Source: Sarea resinae (taxonomy: Eukaryota). Taken from it: a DNA stretch of 49,859 nt. Position numbers and translations under genes: made by a program. Where the stretch lies: positions 248,001 through 297,859 of the forward strand of contig JAPEUD010000023.1 in assembly GCA_026026165.1 (NCBI GenBank), written 5' to 3'. Of this stretch, positions 23,155 through 36,049 are shown one piece after another. Numbering within the stretch: position 1 is the first letter of the stretch; every line of letters begins with the position of its first letter. Below the pieces are notes generated by a model. That model worked only from the letters and a program-made list of their open reading frames with translations. It was not told where the DNA came from and did not search any database.

Positions 23155-24686
23155 GGCGAGATACAATATAGAGCTAGCTTTGATCTCAGTGTCAGCAATT
23201 GATCCGCTCTCATTGCCTGGAAGGGAAGACTTACATTGAGTAGGCAGTTGCTTGTGATCATAACAACAACGGAGAAAGCGCAATGATTCATGGATGACCT
23301 GCCAAGGCTCATTCCGAAGTAGTACAATCAGTCAGACCGAGGTGAAAGATGAGGGCAATTGCTCAGAGGTAGGGACAGGCCTATTCCTATGTCCGTCGGT
23401 GAGGATAGCCAGCTAGCCTCGACAGCAACAAGATAGATCAAACAGCAAAGAATCAATGAGTGAATCCTCTGACGATATTTCGGTCGTTGAGATGCTGTAA
23501 TGGGCAGCAGAAGGTCCATAAATATTTCCGGCGGTGAGACCATCATGCCCTCGGTCACCTCGAAGGAGCTGAGAATAGAACGCGCGCAGGGAGGCAGATC
23601 ATCCGGGCCGTCTACTCGTAGGAAGTAACCCTGGTATATCGCCTAACGGAGCTACCCCACGCAGCGATAGCAGGTGGAGTACAAAACTACAAGACCCTCT
23701 TTGTGGATGCATTCATGCATCAATAGTGAGAGGTCCAAGAGAGAGCGCGTCGGACACTGTTCGCTTGTGGACTACCGAGAAAGGGATCAAGGGACTTGCA
23801 GATGCAACTACACTTGGAAGACGACTGCAACGAGCAACTGCACCGCTGTTAGACAGACGATTCTGCCTTGCGATGCGGTGGCAAGCAGCCTTGACAGTTC
23901 GAAAACATTGCGCTGACGATGCCATTGGTCGTTCAGAACGTTTGACTATTTCAGAGCAGTGTGGAGAGTGAGATGTTCAACGTCGAAGAGGGTGTGCCCG
24001 AAAAGGAAGCTTTGTAATGTTCTTTCCCCTCTGGGGTGGAAGATGGGATCTGATGGAGGACACCGCCCGCTCGTGGCAGACACGAGATGCGACTCTGACT
24101 GGTCGTCTTGGATGTTCAGAAGGGCCGTGTTCGAAATGCATTGCCACTGGTGGACCTGGCGAGCGAGGAGGGTCCTCGGCCCTTGATCATGAGGTACACA
24201 AGAAAGCGCAGCGCATGCATGCGTGGCGGACGAGCAGGGGTAAAGAGGGGCATTCGGGGCTTCGATTCGCTATCATCCGAATTGATCGTCGGAAATGATG
24301 GAGGTGGCCGCCAGGAAGGCCACCCAACTCAAGCCAATTCGATGATGTTATTGTTTCGCCTCAGCCTCGACAAGGGGTAGACTTTCAGAAATTCGAAACT
24401 TTCGAACTTTCGAAGAAGTGTTGCAACAGCCAGTGGCAATTCATGTTTTGTCCATGTCTGGAGAGGTGGTGAGGCCCTCTACTCCCAATACGGTGATATC
24501 GGTCATTGTCGTGCATAAGCGACTTGTAATCCATGCTTCCAGACTAAATTCGGTCGACTGCCGATGCAACTCGACAACACCATCTTTGCCAGGAACATCA
24601 TATTGTCCGAAATGACCGACTTGACCCCTGGCTTAGATATGACAATCGCAAGCATATCGCTGTGCGCTTCCTGAGACAGACGATGT

Positions 24687-27076
24687 TCACTCGACCTGTA
24701 GCTCTGCAATGTTAGGATAGCGGAGCTCGGCATTTTCTTCCAGAAAATCCATCCACCTCTTGAGAAACTTGCTGCCGCTAAGAACGCATCAGAATCTACG
24801 GTAACTAAGCTTTTAGACTCGAGGAACTTCTAGACTTACTGGCCGACCGTCTCTGAATCTCCTATCACACACAGATGCCGCTTAGGGCGGGTCATGGCCA
24901 CTTGTCTTTCGTTAGATCCATCTTCCTGAAGACATGATGACGAGTGTCAAGCCAATGTATGGTTTCTTACCGTTGAGTCGTCGTTTCTCGCCAAGGAAGC
25001 CCACTTCATGTTCAGGGTTACTTCGCACAAGGCTGACAACAACGGCCTCCTTTTCGCGCCCTTGAAATCCATCCACACTCCCAAGCTCGATTCCAATGAA
25101 CTGTTCTTTCAAGGACTGGGATAGTAGAGCAAGCTGCATCATTGTGAATGGGTGGACTTCAACGGTAATGCAACCTCAACTGACCTGTGCATTGTAGGGA
25201 GTTACGACGGCAATGTCTTCCGGATGAATGCCAGCGTCAACCAAATTCCTCACGTGGAGTTTGACAATAGCTGCCTCGGACGCATTGCTCTTACTCTCCC
25301 CGATGCTCATCCCTTTTCCAGCTCTTTTCCCAACCTCCTCATCTTCGGTTTCTTCGGGAAAGTCACCCCCTTGAGTGTCCCAAAAGACCACTGGCTCTAT
25401 TGTATCTTCTGTTTCTTTGACCTCGTAAGGTAGCCCTTTCAGAAGACGTACTTTTACCCCCTCAGCAGCGACCAATTTGGACTCATAGAGTTCTTGCGAG
25501 GGAAATTCCATGATTTTCTCATGCATGCGGTATTGTGTTGTGAGCATTCTTTTGATAGAAGGTCCATGTAGAGCCAGAAGCCGATCGAAAAGCGTTGTCT
25601 CGAGGGTCAGGCCTTTTGCCCCCTTGGCTTCCAGCTTCTTAGCAGTGGGTTTCGTCTTCGAATTCAACGACTTGATCGTCGGAGGCAGCTGAAGATGGTC
25701 GCCGGCGAGAACGACTTTCTTCGCCGTCAGAAGAGGGACCCAACATTGGGCCTCCAGAGCTTGACTAGCTTCGTCAATGATGACTACATCAAACTGTTCG
25801 TTCCTCAATTGATATCCTCCAGCCCCATGAAGCGTCGCCAGGACTACTTTGCTCCCCTTTACAAGATTGTCCACGCAGTTCCGCTCCCGTTCCCGATACT
25901 CCTTTCGCAGCTCCCTTAGATCACCGTAGATTGCCTTTCGCTCTCTGCCGTTCCTGGTCTTGCGGATACTCGCCTGCTTCTGGTCCATTTCTTTTCTGAC
26001 ATCGCGGACAATGGCAGCTGCCTCGGAAGTCTGCGTCAAGACATCGAGAGAGTGATTGAGAACCGAAGGCAACAATCTGGCGGGATGGCCGAGACGTATG
26101 ATTGGAACCTTATGAGGCGCCAGGCGTTCCACGATATTGTCAACTGAAATGTTGGAAGGGCCGCAAACGAGTAAGCGAAGCTCCATCTTCAGAAGTTGTA
26201 GAATGAGCTCGATCAGTGTATGGGTTTTTCCCGTCTTCAAGAGTGAGCTTAGCGTAGGGAATGAGGACGGGGTAAGTGACTTACACCAGGCGGGCCATGA
26301 ATCAAAGCCACTTCACGAGAGGCAATTGCAAATCTGATAGCGTCTTTCTGAGAATCGTTGAGACTTGGGTCAATGAAATCAATCGGGCCAATGGTAGAGT
26401 CGTTGAGTTCTTGCGGCACGGGTGTGGGTGAAGATTGCCCGAAAAGCACACGCATGAAAGGGGTATATTCAGAATCCGAAAACTTCTGTAAGCGCGTCAT
26501 GGTTTGATTCATTCTGGGAGACCTTTATCAGCCGCCCTCTCACCGATAGCAATTAGAAATCGGCCGTACCTCTTGTATGTCACATCATTGGCAAGCTTGA
26601 TCCTATTACCGTCAGAACGTAGCTTTGGCATATCAGAGCATTCTTACTGACACCCATAGCTTTCCCGACGGAATGTCTTCATCTTCTTGGCTCAGAGCCA
26701 CGGATACATATGCGCTGGTGATCTTCACCACCACTCCATCCACACCTTTCTTCTTGAGCTCACTCTTTTCCTTTTTCTTTGCAGATCCAGCGGGCTGCTC
26801 CTGCACACTGACGATGTCGCCGGTACGGATGCCATGTTCGGGGATATCTCCACCTCCTACAGCAGAGTCGAGCTCCAATTCAACAACGGTCTTACCCCCC
26901 AGGCCCGTCCGCTGCGAAGACACAACCAAGTTCAAGATGGCCACCCCCGCGCGCTGCAAGGACGTAGGAGCGGATTGTGAAACCAGGGCAGAGGTCTCGG
27001 CAAGTTCCGCCTTCAATTCTTCGTCCAAGAGGGACAATTGAGTCGTTGCGAAGGCAGAAATATCCACAGCGGCCAT
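24687..27076 (-). CDS. HCS1: SF1B Upf1-like DNA/RNA helicase, SMUBP-2/Hcs1 (DNA polymerase alpha-associated helicase A), multi-exon
   Basis: [19 protein letters not shown] (Walker A split by an intron), [58 protein letters not shown]-terminal [12 protein letters not shown] and [10 protein letters not shown] are typical of SMUBP-2 orthologues. Confidence 0.93.
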
Positions 27077-27562
27077 GGCTATGTGATTGATTCGATCTGA
27101 CGCCTTTGTGGATGTGCACTCTGGCTGTGTATGAATGACGCATGTAAATAGAGATCCGTGCGTTAGTAGAAGGATCGCTTCGCCTCAGCTTTGTTCAGCC
27201 CTACGACCTATCGACGTGGTGAGGGGTATGGCGGGCCATTCAATTCAAGATACATCGACCTGTTACTACTGGAGCCTACATGATGGACTTCGAGTCTGAT
27301 GGCCTATTTAGATAGTGGAAGGCCCTCAAGCTTCGACCTCGACCTCGACCTCGAACTCGATCGGAGCAAGGACATGAGTATCGGTGAGTATCATGATGAC
27401 AGCCGCAGGCCTGAAATGAATAGTCTTCATTCTTGTATGCACAACGCCAATTGCTTCAAGCAAGCACAGTCAACAATAAAACCTCGTTGCACCACGAGAG
27501 ACATAAATTCCGAAGAACACCAACACCCTCTAACGAACCGAAATGGAACGACCAGGACCACG

Positions 27563-28152
27563 TTATCCAGGTCCAATGCGAGGCCTAACAAAGAGTTAGT
27601 AAATCCAAAGAGCCGGGGGAGTAGAACAGTTGCGACAGAAAGGGCCGGGGCGACCCACATGTCATGATGCTCGCTCAAATTCGAGAGATAGCGATTCAGG
27701 TCCTCGACCCTCTCTTTGTGCGTCTTCAGTCCGCCTTCTCTCTTGAGTCGCTCCTCCAGCTGCAGTCCACCCAAAGACGTCAGTCACTTTTGCTCAAACT
27801 ATGCTCTGGACAGATTGGACGAGGAAGGACATGGGATCCGAATGAAGCGAGAAAAGCATACCCGTTTCCGCCTCATCTCATCATGCCGCTTCTCTGCCTC
27901 CGTCTTGCCCACCACGACCAGATCATCACGGTCGTCACCCTTCTCTGCCGACTCCACACCATGTGTCCCGCTATCGCTCTTTGCGAGGGCTGCCGCTTCA
28001 CTGTCCGCAGACGTTAATCTATCTGCGCTCGCCGAGTCCCTCGCCTCTGTCTGCTTGGGCTTCTTCTTTTTCTTCTTCTTGTCGATTTTCGAGTCTTTGA
28101 CGCCCTTGAGTTTGAGAGAGCCGCCCGCGGCAGCGTAGTCGTCTTTGGCCAT
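27563..28152 (-). CDS. FAM32A/DUF1754 small basic nuclear protein (3 exons)
   Basis: GGSLKLKGV-D-KI-KKKKKK...KTEAEKRH-E-RRKR|L-ERL-REG-KTHKERVE-LNRYLSNLSEHHDM|PRIGPG*. Confidence 0.9.
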
Positions 28153-28392
28153 CGTCGGCGGGTTGAGGTGCGGATGGTGTGCTATGTCAGATGTAGGGAC
28201 GAGACGGTCATGGAGGCGGGCGTCATCGGATTAATTCAGGCTGGCGGAATATAGTATATCCGAACGGAGCTCTGCCCTGATGATGCATCCAGGATCCATA
28301 TTGCAACCGTACATAAACACTCCCACCACGCGCGGCACTGCGCATCTAGCATTCAACTTCTATCACTCCCCCGCCAAAGGGCCACCGTTGTG

Positions 28393-29930
28393 ATGCGGAC
28401 TTCTCGTCTCTCACGCGACACCTCCAAATTGATTGGGGCTGCTGCATCTCCTGCGAGCAGCCGTGTCGCAGCAGGAGCAGCAACATCCAGACAGACGCGC
28501 GCGTTCGCAAAGTCCTTGCGGGCATTTGCAACGGCTACGCCCACTCTCGCAGACAGCGAGGAGCCAGGCCAGCTCGACTCGACACCTAGCCCCGACTCAT
28601 CGTCCGAGCTGTCATCAGTCCCCTCTAGTCCTTCCCGCGACGACGATGTCGCATATGCCGACGGCGACGAGGACGAGAGTGCGAATCGTCCGAGCAAGAG
28701 ACGGAAGCGCGACAATGATGTATCCACGACAACCCCCAGCATGCCAGCAAGCAAGCAAGCTCATGTCCGCTCAGACGTAAACACGTCCTCGAGACCGAAG
28801 AGAAAGCCACGGAAGCTAGCGACGAAGAAGACGGAAGATGGCCTCGTGGCGATCCACGCGCCTCCGCCGCACTGGGAAGAAGTCTACGACACCGTCAAAG
28901 CGATGCGAGCTAGGATTGTCGCACCGGTCGACACGATGGGCTGCGAGCGGCTGGCCGACGAGACTGCCTCTCCTCGCGTACGTGCCTCTTTGATCTCTAC
29001 CTAACCTTGATACGCAATATCAATCTGCAAAAAGAAAACCCTCACCCCCAACACCCACCAACCCCCCCCCTAGCGCGCCCCGGCGCTTGCCCACTAACAC
29101 TCATCCAGGACCAACGGTTCCAAACGCTGATCTCCCTCATGCTCTCATCGCAAACCAAAGACACCGTAACAGCAGCGACGATCCGCCACCTCCAAACCTC
29201 TCTCCCGGGCTCCCCTCCCGGCCTGACCCTCGAGAACATCCTCGCCGTACCCGCCGCCACGCTCAACGACCTCATCCACGCCGTCGGCTTCCACAACAAC
29301 AAAACACGCTACATCAAAGCCACCGCCGAGCTCCTCCAGCAGCAGCACGGCTCCGACATCCCGCACACGCCCGAAGCCCTAATGGCGCTCCCGGGCGTCG
29401 GGCCTAAGATGGCATACCTGTGCCTCTCGGCGGCCTGGGGCCGCACCGAGGGCATCGGCGTCGACGTGCACGTGCACCGCATCACCAACCTGTGGGGCTG
29501 GCACCGCACCCGCACGCCCGAGCTCACGCGCGCCGCTCTCGAGTCCTGGCTGCCGCGCGAGCGCTGGCATGAGATCAATTCGCTGCTGGTCGGGCTCGGC
29601 CAGACGGTCTGCTTGCCTGTCGGGAGGCGCTGTGCCGAGTGCGACCTCATGCCCAAGCGACTGTGTCCCGGTGCTGTGGTTGCTAAGTCTGTGCGGTCCA
29701 AGGCGGCGACGGCGCGCGCGAGTGCTGTCGTCAAGGAGGAGGAGGAGGAGGAGAAAGGGGAAGAAGGGGTTACGGGTACCGTGGTAGAGGTCAAGACGCA
29801 GGAGGCCAAGGTGGAAGATATAGAGGATCTCTTGGCCAGCAACAATAACACTACCAACTCTAACGCCAACAATATCTCCTTCTCCAACACCAACTCCGAC
29901 ACCCCAAGAACCCTGCGCCCAAAAAGATGA
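28393..29930 (+). CDS. NTH1: Endonuclease III-like DNA glycosylase/AP lyase (exons 28393-28977, 29109-29930)
   Basis: [32 protein letters not shown], HhH motif [20 protein letters not shown], and Fe-S cysteines C-x6-C-x2-C-x7-C. GTACGT...CTAAC...CAG intron. Confidence 0.95.
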
Positions 29931-29984
29931 CGCCCCTCAACAATCCCCACCCGTCCCTCTAAATCAACAACGCAAAGATATTCC

Positions 29985-30220
29985 CACCTACCTACCTACC
30001 TACCTACATACCTACATTCCTGTCTAGAACAAGCTAGAAAATGCTAGATACTGCACAGATTGTCAGCCTGTCAGATACTTAAGATATTGCATAGATACAT
30101 ATACATATATACATGATATCAGAGGATCTCTTCTACCTCGACCGTGCCTACCTTAACTGTGCCTACCTTAACTGTGCCTACCTACCTACCTACCTACCTA
30201 CCTTCCTACCTACCTACCTT
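29985..30220. repeat. (CCTA)n microsatellite clusters plus a short tandem repeat (gtgcctaccttaact)
   Basis: Visible at ~29985-30015 and ~30145-30220. Confidence 0.9.
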
Positions 30221-30658
30221 ACTGCCCACTGCTACATCTTCAGAACAAAGACTCGGTGATCCGTAGTCCATCTCTGCGTGCATATAATAGCTACCTTAGG
30301 TAGGTACCTAGGCAGGTCAGTAGGGACCGTACACAGAGCCTTGAATGTTCGAGTTGAAGCGCTTGGGAAAGGACGAAATCATTAGTTTAATAAATTAGTA
30401 TTTACGATGCAGTGCAGAAGAGAAGAGAGAGAGTAAAAAAGACAACACACATCTGTGGTAGTGGTTCGGGTATAGGTAGAGGGTGATGACGTTTTGTAGG
30501 GCGTATGGAGGTAGGGATGTTTGAAGGTATAGATTAGATGTATTTATGTTTTTTGTTTTTTTTTTGTTTTTTTGGGTGGGGGGGGGGTGGAATAAAGGAT
30601 AAAGATAGATGGGTAGATCAGGGGAAGGAATCAAAAAAAAAAATGGGATAGAAAGAGA

Positions 30659-30825
30659 AAGGAGAGGAGAGGAGAGGAGAGGAGAGGAGAGAGGTGGTAA
30701 TAGGAGTTGTGGCAGAGTGGTGTTTGTCGTTTCTCGAGTCCTCTGTCCTTGCCCCAGCCTCCTCTTCCTCCTTCTCATCCTCCTCATCCTCCTCATCCTC
30801 CTCCTCCCCTTCCTCCGCCTTCTCT
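30659..30825. repeat. (GGAGA)n and (CCTCAT/CCT)n simple repeats
   Basis: Visible directly; these repeats generate several spurious low-complexity ORFs. Confidence 0.85.
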
Positions 30826-30901
30826 CTCCTCTCCTCTCCCCCATCCACCACCCCCGCACTTACGGCCCTCATCTCCCCGCCAAAGAAAAAAAAAAGCACA
30901 G

Positions 30902-32318
30902 CTACCCCTCCACCCCCTCTCTCCCGCCCAGAACAACCACGACGACAAAACTAACGACACAGAGCGCGCCCGCGACAAAAGAAATCAGCACGACGCTGCC
31001 GCGACTGGCGGGGAACTTGCCGCGGATGATCCAGGCCTGCGACTCGAAATAGCGGTGGAAGCCCACGAGCAGCACCAGCACGGCCATGGCGAGGAAGGTC
31101 GCGCCGAGGGGCTTGCCGACCGAGTGGAGCGGCGGGTTGGTGCAGAGGGGTGGCTGCTGCTGTTGGGAGAGGGGGAGGGGGAGGGGGTTTTGGTTCGGAA
31201 GGAAAGGGGGGGCGGGTTGGGATTGCGGTTGTGATTGGGAATGGGAGTCGGAATGGGATTGGAGAAAGGAGTTGGGGAATGAGGATGAGGATGAGGATGA
31301 GGACGGCGAGGACGATGGGAGCGTGGTGTTGAGTCGGAAAAGCTGCGTTATCGCTATGCCGATGCTGGCGAACGAGAGCGATGTGCGGAGCCAGGCTAGA
31401 AATGTCCGTTCTGTGTTGAGCGGAGCGTTAGCGTGTGTCCGGTTGTACGTGTGCTGCCTCCCAGAGGTATTCGAGGAGATGTGGAGATGTAAATCGTGAA
31501 GCTGGAAAAGGAGACGGGGAAAAGTACAACGAGAGAGGTAAGGCCAAGAGAAGGCCAACGCAGAAATGCGAAAAGAAAATACCTAGAGCGAGGTGGTCCC
31601 TAGCCGTACTGCCTTTATTATCGAGCTCCACGCTCCCATAGCGCGAGAGCAGTCGTCGCCACGCAGACTCTTGGTCTTCTTCCCCCTCCTCATCGTCGGC
31701 GTCGTCGGCATGCCCGTCTCCCCCTTCACTCGCGCCTACTGCACTTCTCTCTCCCTCCCCTTCTGCGCCGCCCCTTACCCTCCGTCGCTTCTTCTTCATT
31801 CCGCCCCCATTGCGCTGCCTGATCTCCTTCCCGTTCTTCCCGTCCGAGGACGGCGCAGGGCCCGTGTTATAGCCTCTTCCGCCGCCGTGCTCGCGCCGTA
31901 CGATCGCGGTTCGCTCGTCCATGTCCGCTTCCGAGCTCTCGCCCGTGCCGGCTTCGGCACTCGAGTGATGTTGCGACGAGGAATGCGACGAGGAAGAGGG
32001 AAGTGCGGAGTGGGGAAGCGGCCCCATGGCTGGCTGTAATCGCGGAGACAGGTCCGAGGGTGGTAGAATCGGCGAAGGCGCAAAGTGCACGCTTTCACGG
32101 CGTTTGGGGCGGCGGGATTCGGTGGTCGAGGAGGGGCTATGGATGATGCCTGTGTCTTTCGAGGCAGCTTTCGAGTGCGCACTCAATTGGGACTCGAGCT
32201 CTTCGTGCCCTTGCGGACCTGGAACCTCTTCCTGCGTGTGATCTGCTGATGATGGTGGAGTGTGGGACAAGCTCGTGGACTGGAGAGGGGGTGGTGATGT
32301 TGATGATGCAGAAGCCAT
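30902..32318 (-). CDS. DUF202 (YidH-like) membrane protein (exons 32318-31583, 31410-30902)
   Basis: [46 protein letters not shown]...GKPLGATF...[29 protein letters not shown]...GCTAAC...CAG intron. Confidence 0.9.
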
Positions 32319-32906
32319 GTCGGCGAAGGAGAAAAGAAGAGAAGGCCAGGGAGGCAAGAGAGAAGACAGGGTCCCTTGTTGTCGGTCTGCTATGTAGTGG
32401 GTATGCTAGGTGTCGAGTAGATTTGACGGTGCGCATCCATTCAAGCAGCTCGATTCCCGACGTCGCCGATCATACTCTACTCTCGAGACGATAACGGATG
32501 ATAAGGTGGGTATCTTACGGCCTTCAGCTAGTCTCTTGGACCTGACTATTCGCCTTGCGCGATACGGGAGAGGAGGTAGAGGCGACCTGGCCGGGTACCC
32601 CAAGTGCGTTGATATCGATGCGATCACAACTGCCTCCGAGTATGTACTTTACTCCGCAGAGCACATCAATCAATGCACGCACACACCCGACTCAATTGCA
32701 ATGGGGAGTCTATCAATGGGCCAATTCATCTGCGACATGCGCAAGATGCTTGTTTCGTGGCTTGCAATGGCATGCAAATGGCATGCGAATGGCTCGTGCC
32801 GAGCTGTTCGTGATGTTGGGTGTCGGTGAGGTGATTACGGTATGCGGAGACTACTTGCACCGTGTGAAGAGGAAGAGGCACGATTGACTGCCTCTCTCTC
32901 CAACTC

Positions 32907-34785
32907 CTAAACACTCTTCTTCTTGCCCTCGAGATCAAACATCCTGCTGGCCTTCTGGCCGTAGAACGCCCACCACCACCACACCACCACCACCATCAGA
33001 GTCAATGGCACCGACACGGCCCAAAAGACCCAGAAGAATGGAGACAGGGAGAACTTGGAGCTCGAGCCATCTTGGTCGACGAAGAAGAATTGAGAACCGA
33101 AGATGCTCTGTAGTCACATGGTAAGACAAGTCAGACGGATAGACCCGAGAGGCCCGAAGTTCATCTTGCAGAAGGAAGTGATGGGACTGACAGCTATGGT
33201 AGAGGCGGGGAGGAAGATTAACGTCATCACCGCAATGGTTTTCATGCTGTTGCTATCTGCTTGCATGATGCGGTTGTCCCTCTGCGTCACGACATTGAAA
33301 GCCTGCCATTGACATCAACAAAGAAGGGTCAAAGAGGAAGGAGGGCGATGAGATCAACTGACCAGATTGATCACATTTGCCATCCGTTTCTCCAAACTCG
33401 TGAGGCGTAGATTTTGGGACTCGAGGAAGCGCCGTCGGTATTGCAGCGCCAACCTGGTAGATTGGTGGATTCGTGCGACCTGTGCACCCAACGACGCTGC
33501 TCCTGACGGGGAGAGCAACATGTCGTGTGCCTCGTCCAGGGCCCCCAAGATGTTGATCGTAGCATCACTGCTCTCTTTCAGGTAGATGATATGTTTAGCC
33601 ATATTATGCAACCCTACAAAATCATGCTCCTGTTCCCCTCTATCGACACCTTGCGCTTGGTCGAGGGTAGCCTATGTCCAAATAAAAGCCCAAGTCAACG
33701 CTTGCCAATCTGGGGACGTTCAAAGAGCCTCATTGAAAAGAGATATAGCATTTTGGGGGGCAGGGGGCCCTACTCGCTCAACTTTCCCAAACACCCTTGA
33801 GAAATCCCAGATGATCTTGTCCTGATGCACGGAAATCTCCTCTAATACGGTCGCGAAGAGAAGGTAAGGATCGCCAAGGGCGGATCTCCACGTACTCAAC
33901 GAGGAGTAGGAAGAAGAGAGGGAAGAGGGGTGCTGGGAGATGCGGGCGAAGCGGGCTTGTACAGTTTCAGGGGTGCCGAAGCAGAGGAGCGTCACTTCCG
34001 ACGCTGACGTGTCGTGAACTACGCCGGTGACTTCAGGACTAGCTTGACGAGGAGAAGAATTGGTCCAGTGTAAGAAATACGACGACCGATTCCACGTCCA
34101 ATCTGCCTGGCTTAGAGTCGTACCCCCATCCCGGGGATCGGCAATTCGTCCATCCGCGTTGACGTTGATATTCTTATAGAGAATATGGAACCAGGCAGCT
34201 TTTTGAATCCAACATCAATCTTTCCCCGCCAAAAGGAGGATCCATTTGCATGCAGAGAGGTAAACTTACATCCAGATCCATCGCCATCGTCTTCCTCTCG
34301 AGTTCCAAACGAATACGTCACGGACTGCAACCGCTCCGACATGAAAGCGGCCGGGACGTGGTAATGCTTGAAGAGAGCAACAAAGCCGGGTGCGTTTGCG
34401 GTAGTGAAGTCGTCATGGGGTAGGAATCTGCCCACAATAACGCTGATGAGGACCGTGTGATGGACGGAGAAAAGCAAATAGTTCAAGAGGATGAGAGCAC
34501 AGACATCACCCGCATTCTGGGCCGCCCTCTGGATTCTTCAAGCAAACGCTTAACATTGGTACTCCTCACCCCTCGGGCATTTCGTTCTGGATCTACACCG
34601 AGATTGTCAGTGCTCTCCTTCAGCCTCTAACAAGTTCGAAACCAGAACCGCGTTGGTAGAGACATGCCTTGATCCCATTCCACGACATTGATACCGAGAT
34701 CCTCCGGCCCGGCCTTAGCGTGAGACTCTACGAACCCATCCCAATACTCCTTCGGCGATGAGTCCTCGTAGAAGATAGATGACAT
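32907..34785 (-). CDS. CorA-like (Mg2+ transporter-fold) fungal protein, multi-exon
   Basis: C-terminal RLTSLEKRMANVINL|AFNVVTQRDNRIMQADSNSMKTIAVMTLIFLPASTIA|SIFGSQFF...FWVFWAVSVPLT (two TM helices). Upstream exons include FMSERLQSVTYSFG and TLLCFG...DPYLLF. The start is inferred. Confidence 0.82.
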
Positions 34786-36049
34786 GAGCTGTCTTTTTCC
34801 AATACTTTCTCCGTCACGCGTCGAACGAGTGGCAGCAAGCAAGAGAAACGAGAAGATGTGGCTAGGTAGCAATACTTCAAACACAGCCCACTACACTCCA
34901 AAATCATGCATATGAGCACACAACGACAGGGACTCAGATTCCAAGCTCTTTCTATTCGTCTGTTCCTTGCAAACCAAACTTTCAAGAATTTGCAATGAAA
35001 TGAAAACCAAAATTGAACATCACGAGAAGCCTAGACCATCAAGATGCGACTATCCAACCTGCAGTCAGCATCAGACCCTACTTTACCCCGGGGAGCTGGA
35101 CTGGCAGCCACCTAGCATTCATGGATCGATGAGAGTAGCACCTATGCGGTGAGAGTACAAAGTACTTTATAAGTCGAGTGCAGATACGGGACGGAAATCC
35201 AATTACCTATTGATTCTTGTCTCCCCGTGCCGCGGGTGAAGAAGCGAGCACCATGCGTACGAGGTACCAAACCAATCCGTGCAGTACTCCGGAGTACTCC
35301 AGTATCCACTTCCTGATATAACGAGGCTGCCCGGGACGAACAGCCAACCTCCTATCCTCCATCCGCTACCTACTACTACTCTACCTACTAGGTAAGTTCT
35401 GAAATTCAGCTTTCTACGGGTACGTAATATGTATGCAACTTTGGACGCCACTTCCGCTCTCAGCTAGCGTGCTCATGTGCATATGCATAGAGTACAGTGT
35501 ACAGTCTCAGTCTCAGTACCACATCACATCATCATAGCCATCATCGTCATTGGACAGACATCACAGACGGGAAGAGCAGCATTGGATATTTTGCCTCGGA
35601 TATCAGTCAGTCAGTCAGTTGGGGAGATGAAAAAAGAGTTACCATGAAAGAGAAAACGGAGAAAGACTTTCATATGTAAAGAAAAACACTTCTCTGCACG
35701 CGCACACGACGCACACCACTACTCAAAGAGAAAAGATTTTGGTCTCAAAAGATTATCGCGCCTCGAGGGAAGTGCCTCTGGGCGGAGAGTAGAAGAAAAG
35801 CCAAACGCCCCCTCCCCGCCCTTAGTTCGTGACAGAAGAAAAGCGAGAGCGTTCAGCGAAAAGATGATTGTACAAAGTGGTTTGGCGCTCCCACTACTTC
35901 TCCCGCTGTGCCCATGCCCAGAAATCCTTGCCGCGAGGGACAATTCTCTTGACCAAGAACGAAAGAAGCTAGTTATGCAATGCTGAAACACCGTGCCTAT
36001 GTTCAAGGGTCTGTCAACTAGATACGGTTGCTGTCGTAGATTGAAGCTT

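Noticed and set aside
24383..24418. TTCGAA repeats as a heat-shock element
   Set aside because: The spacing gives only one correct GAAnnTTC pair, not three alternating nGAAn units.
30395..31499. Multiple overlapping 60-175 aa ORFs
   Set aside because: Products of microsatellites or antisense/alternate frames of the DUF202 gene.
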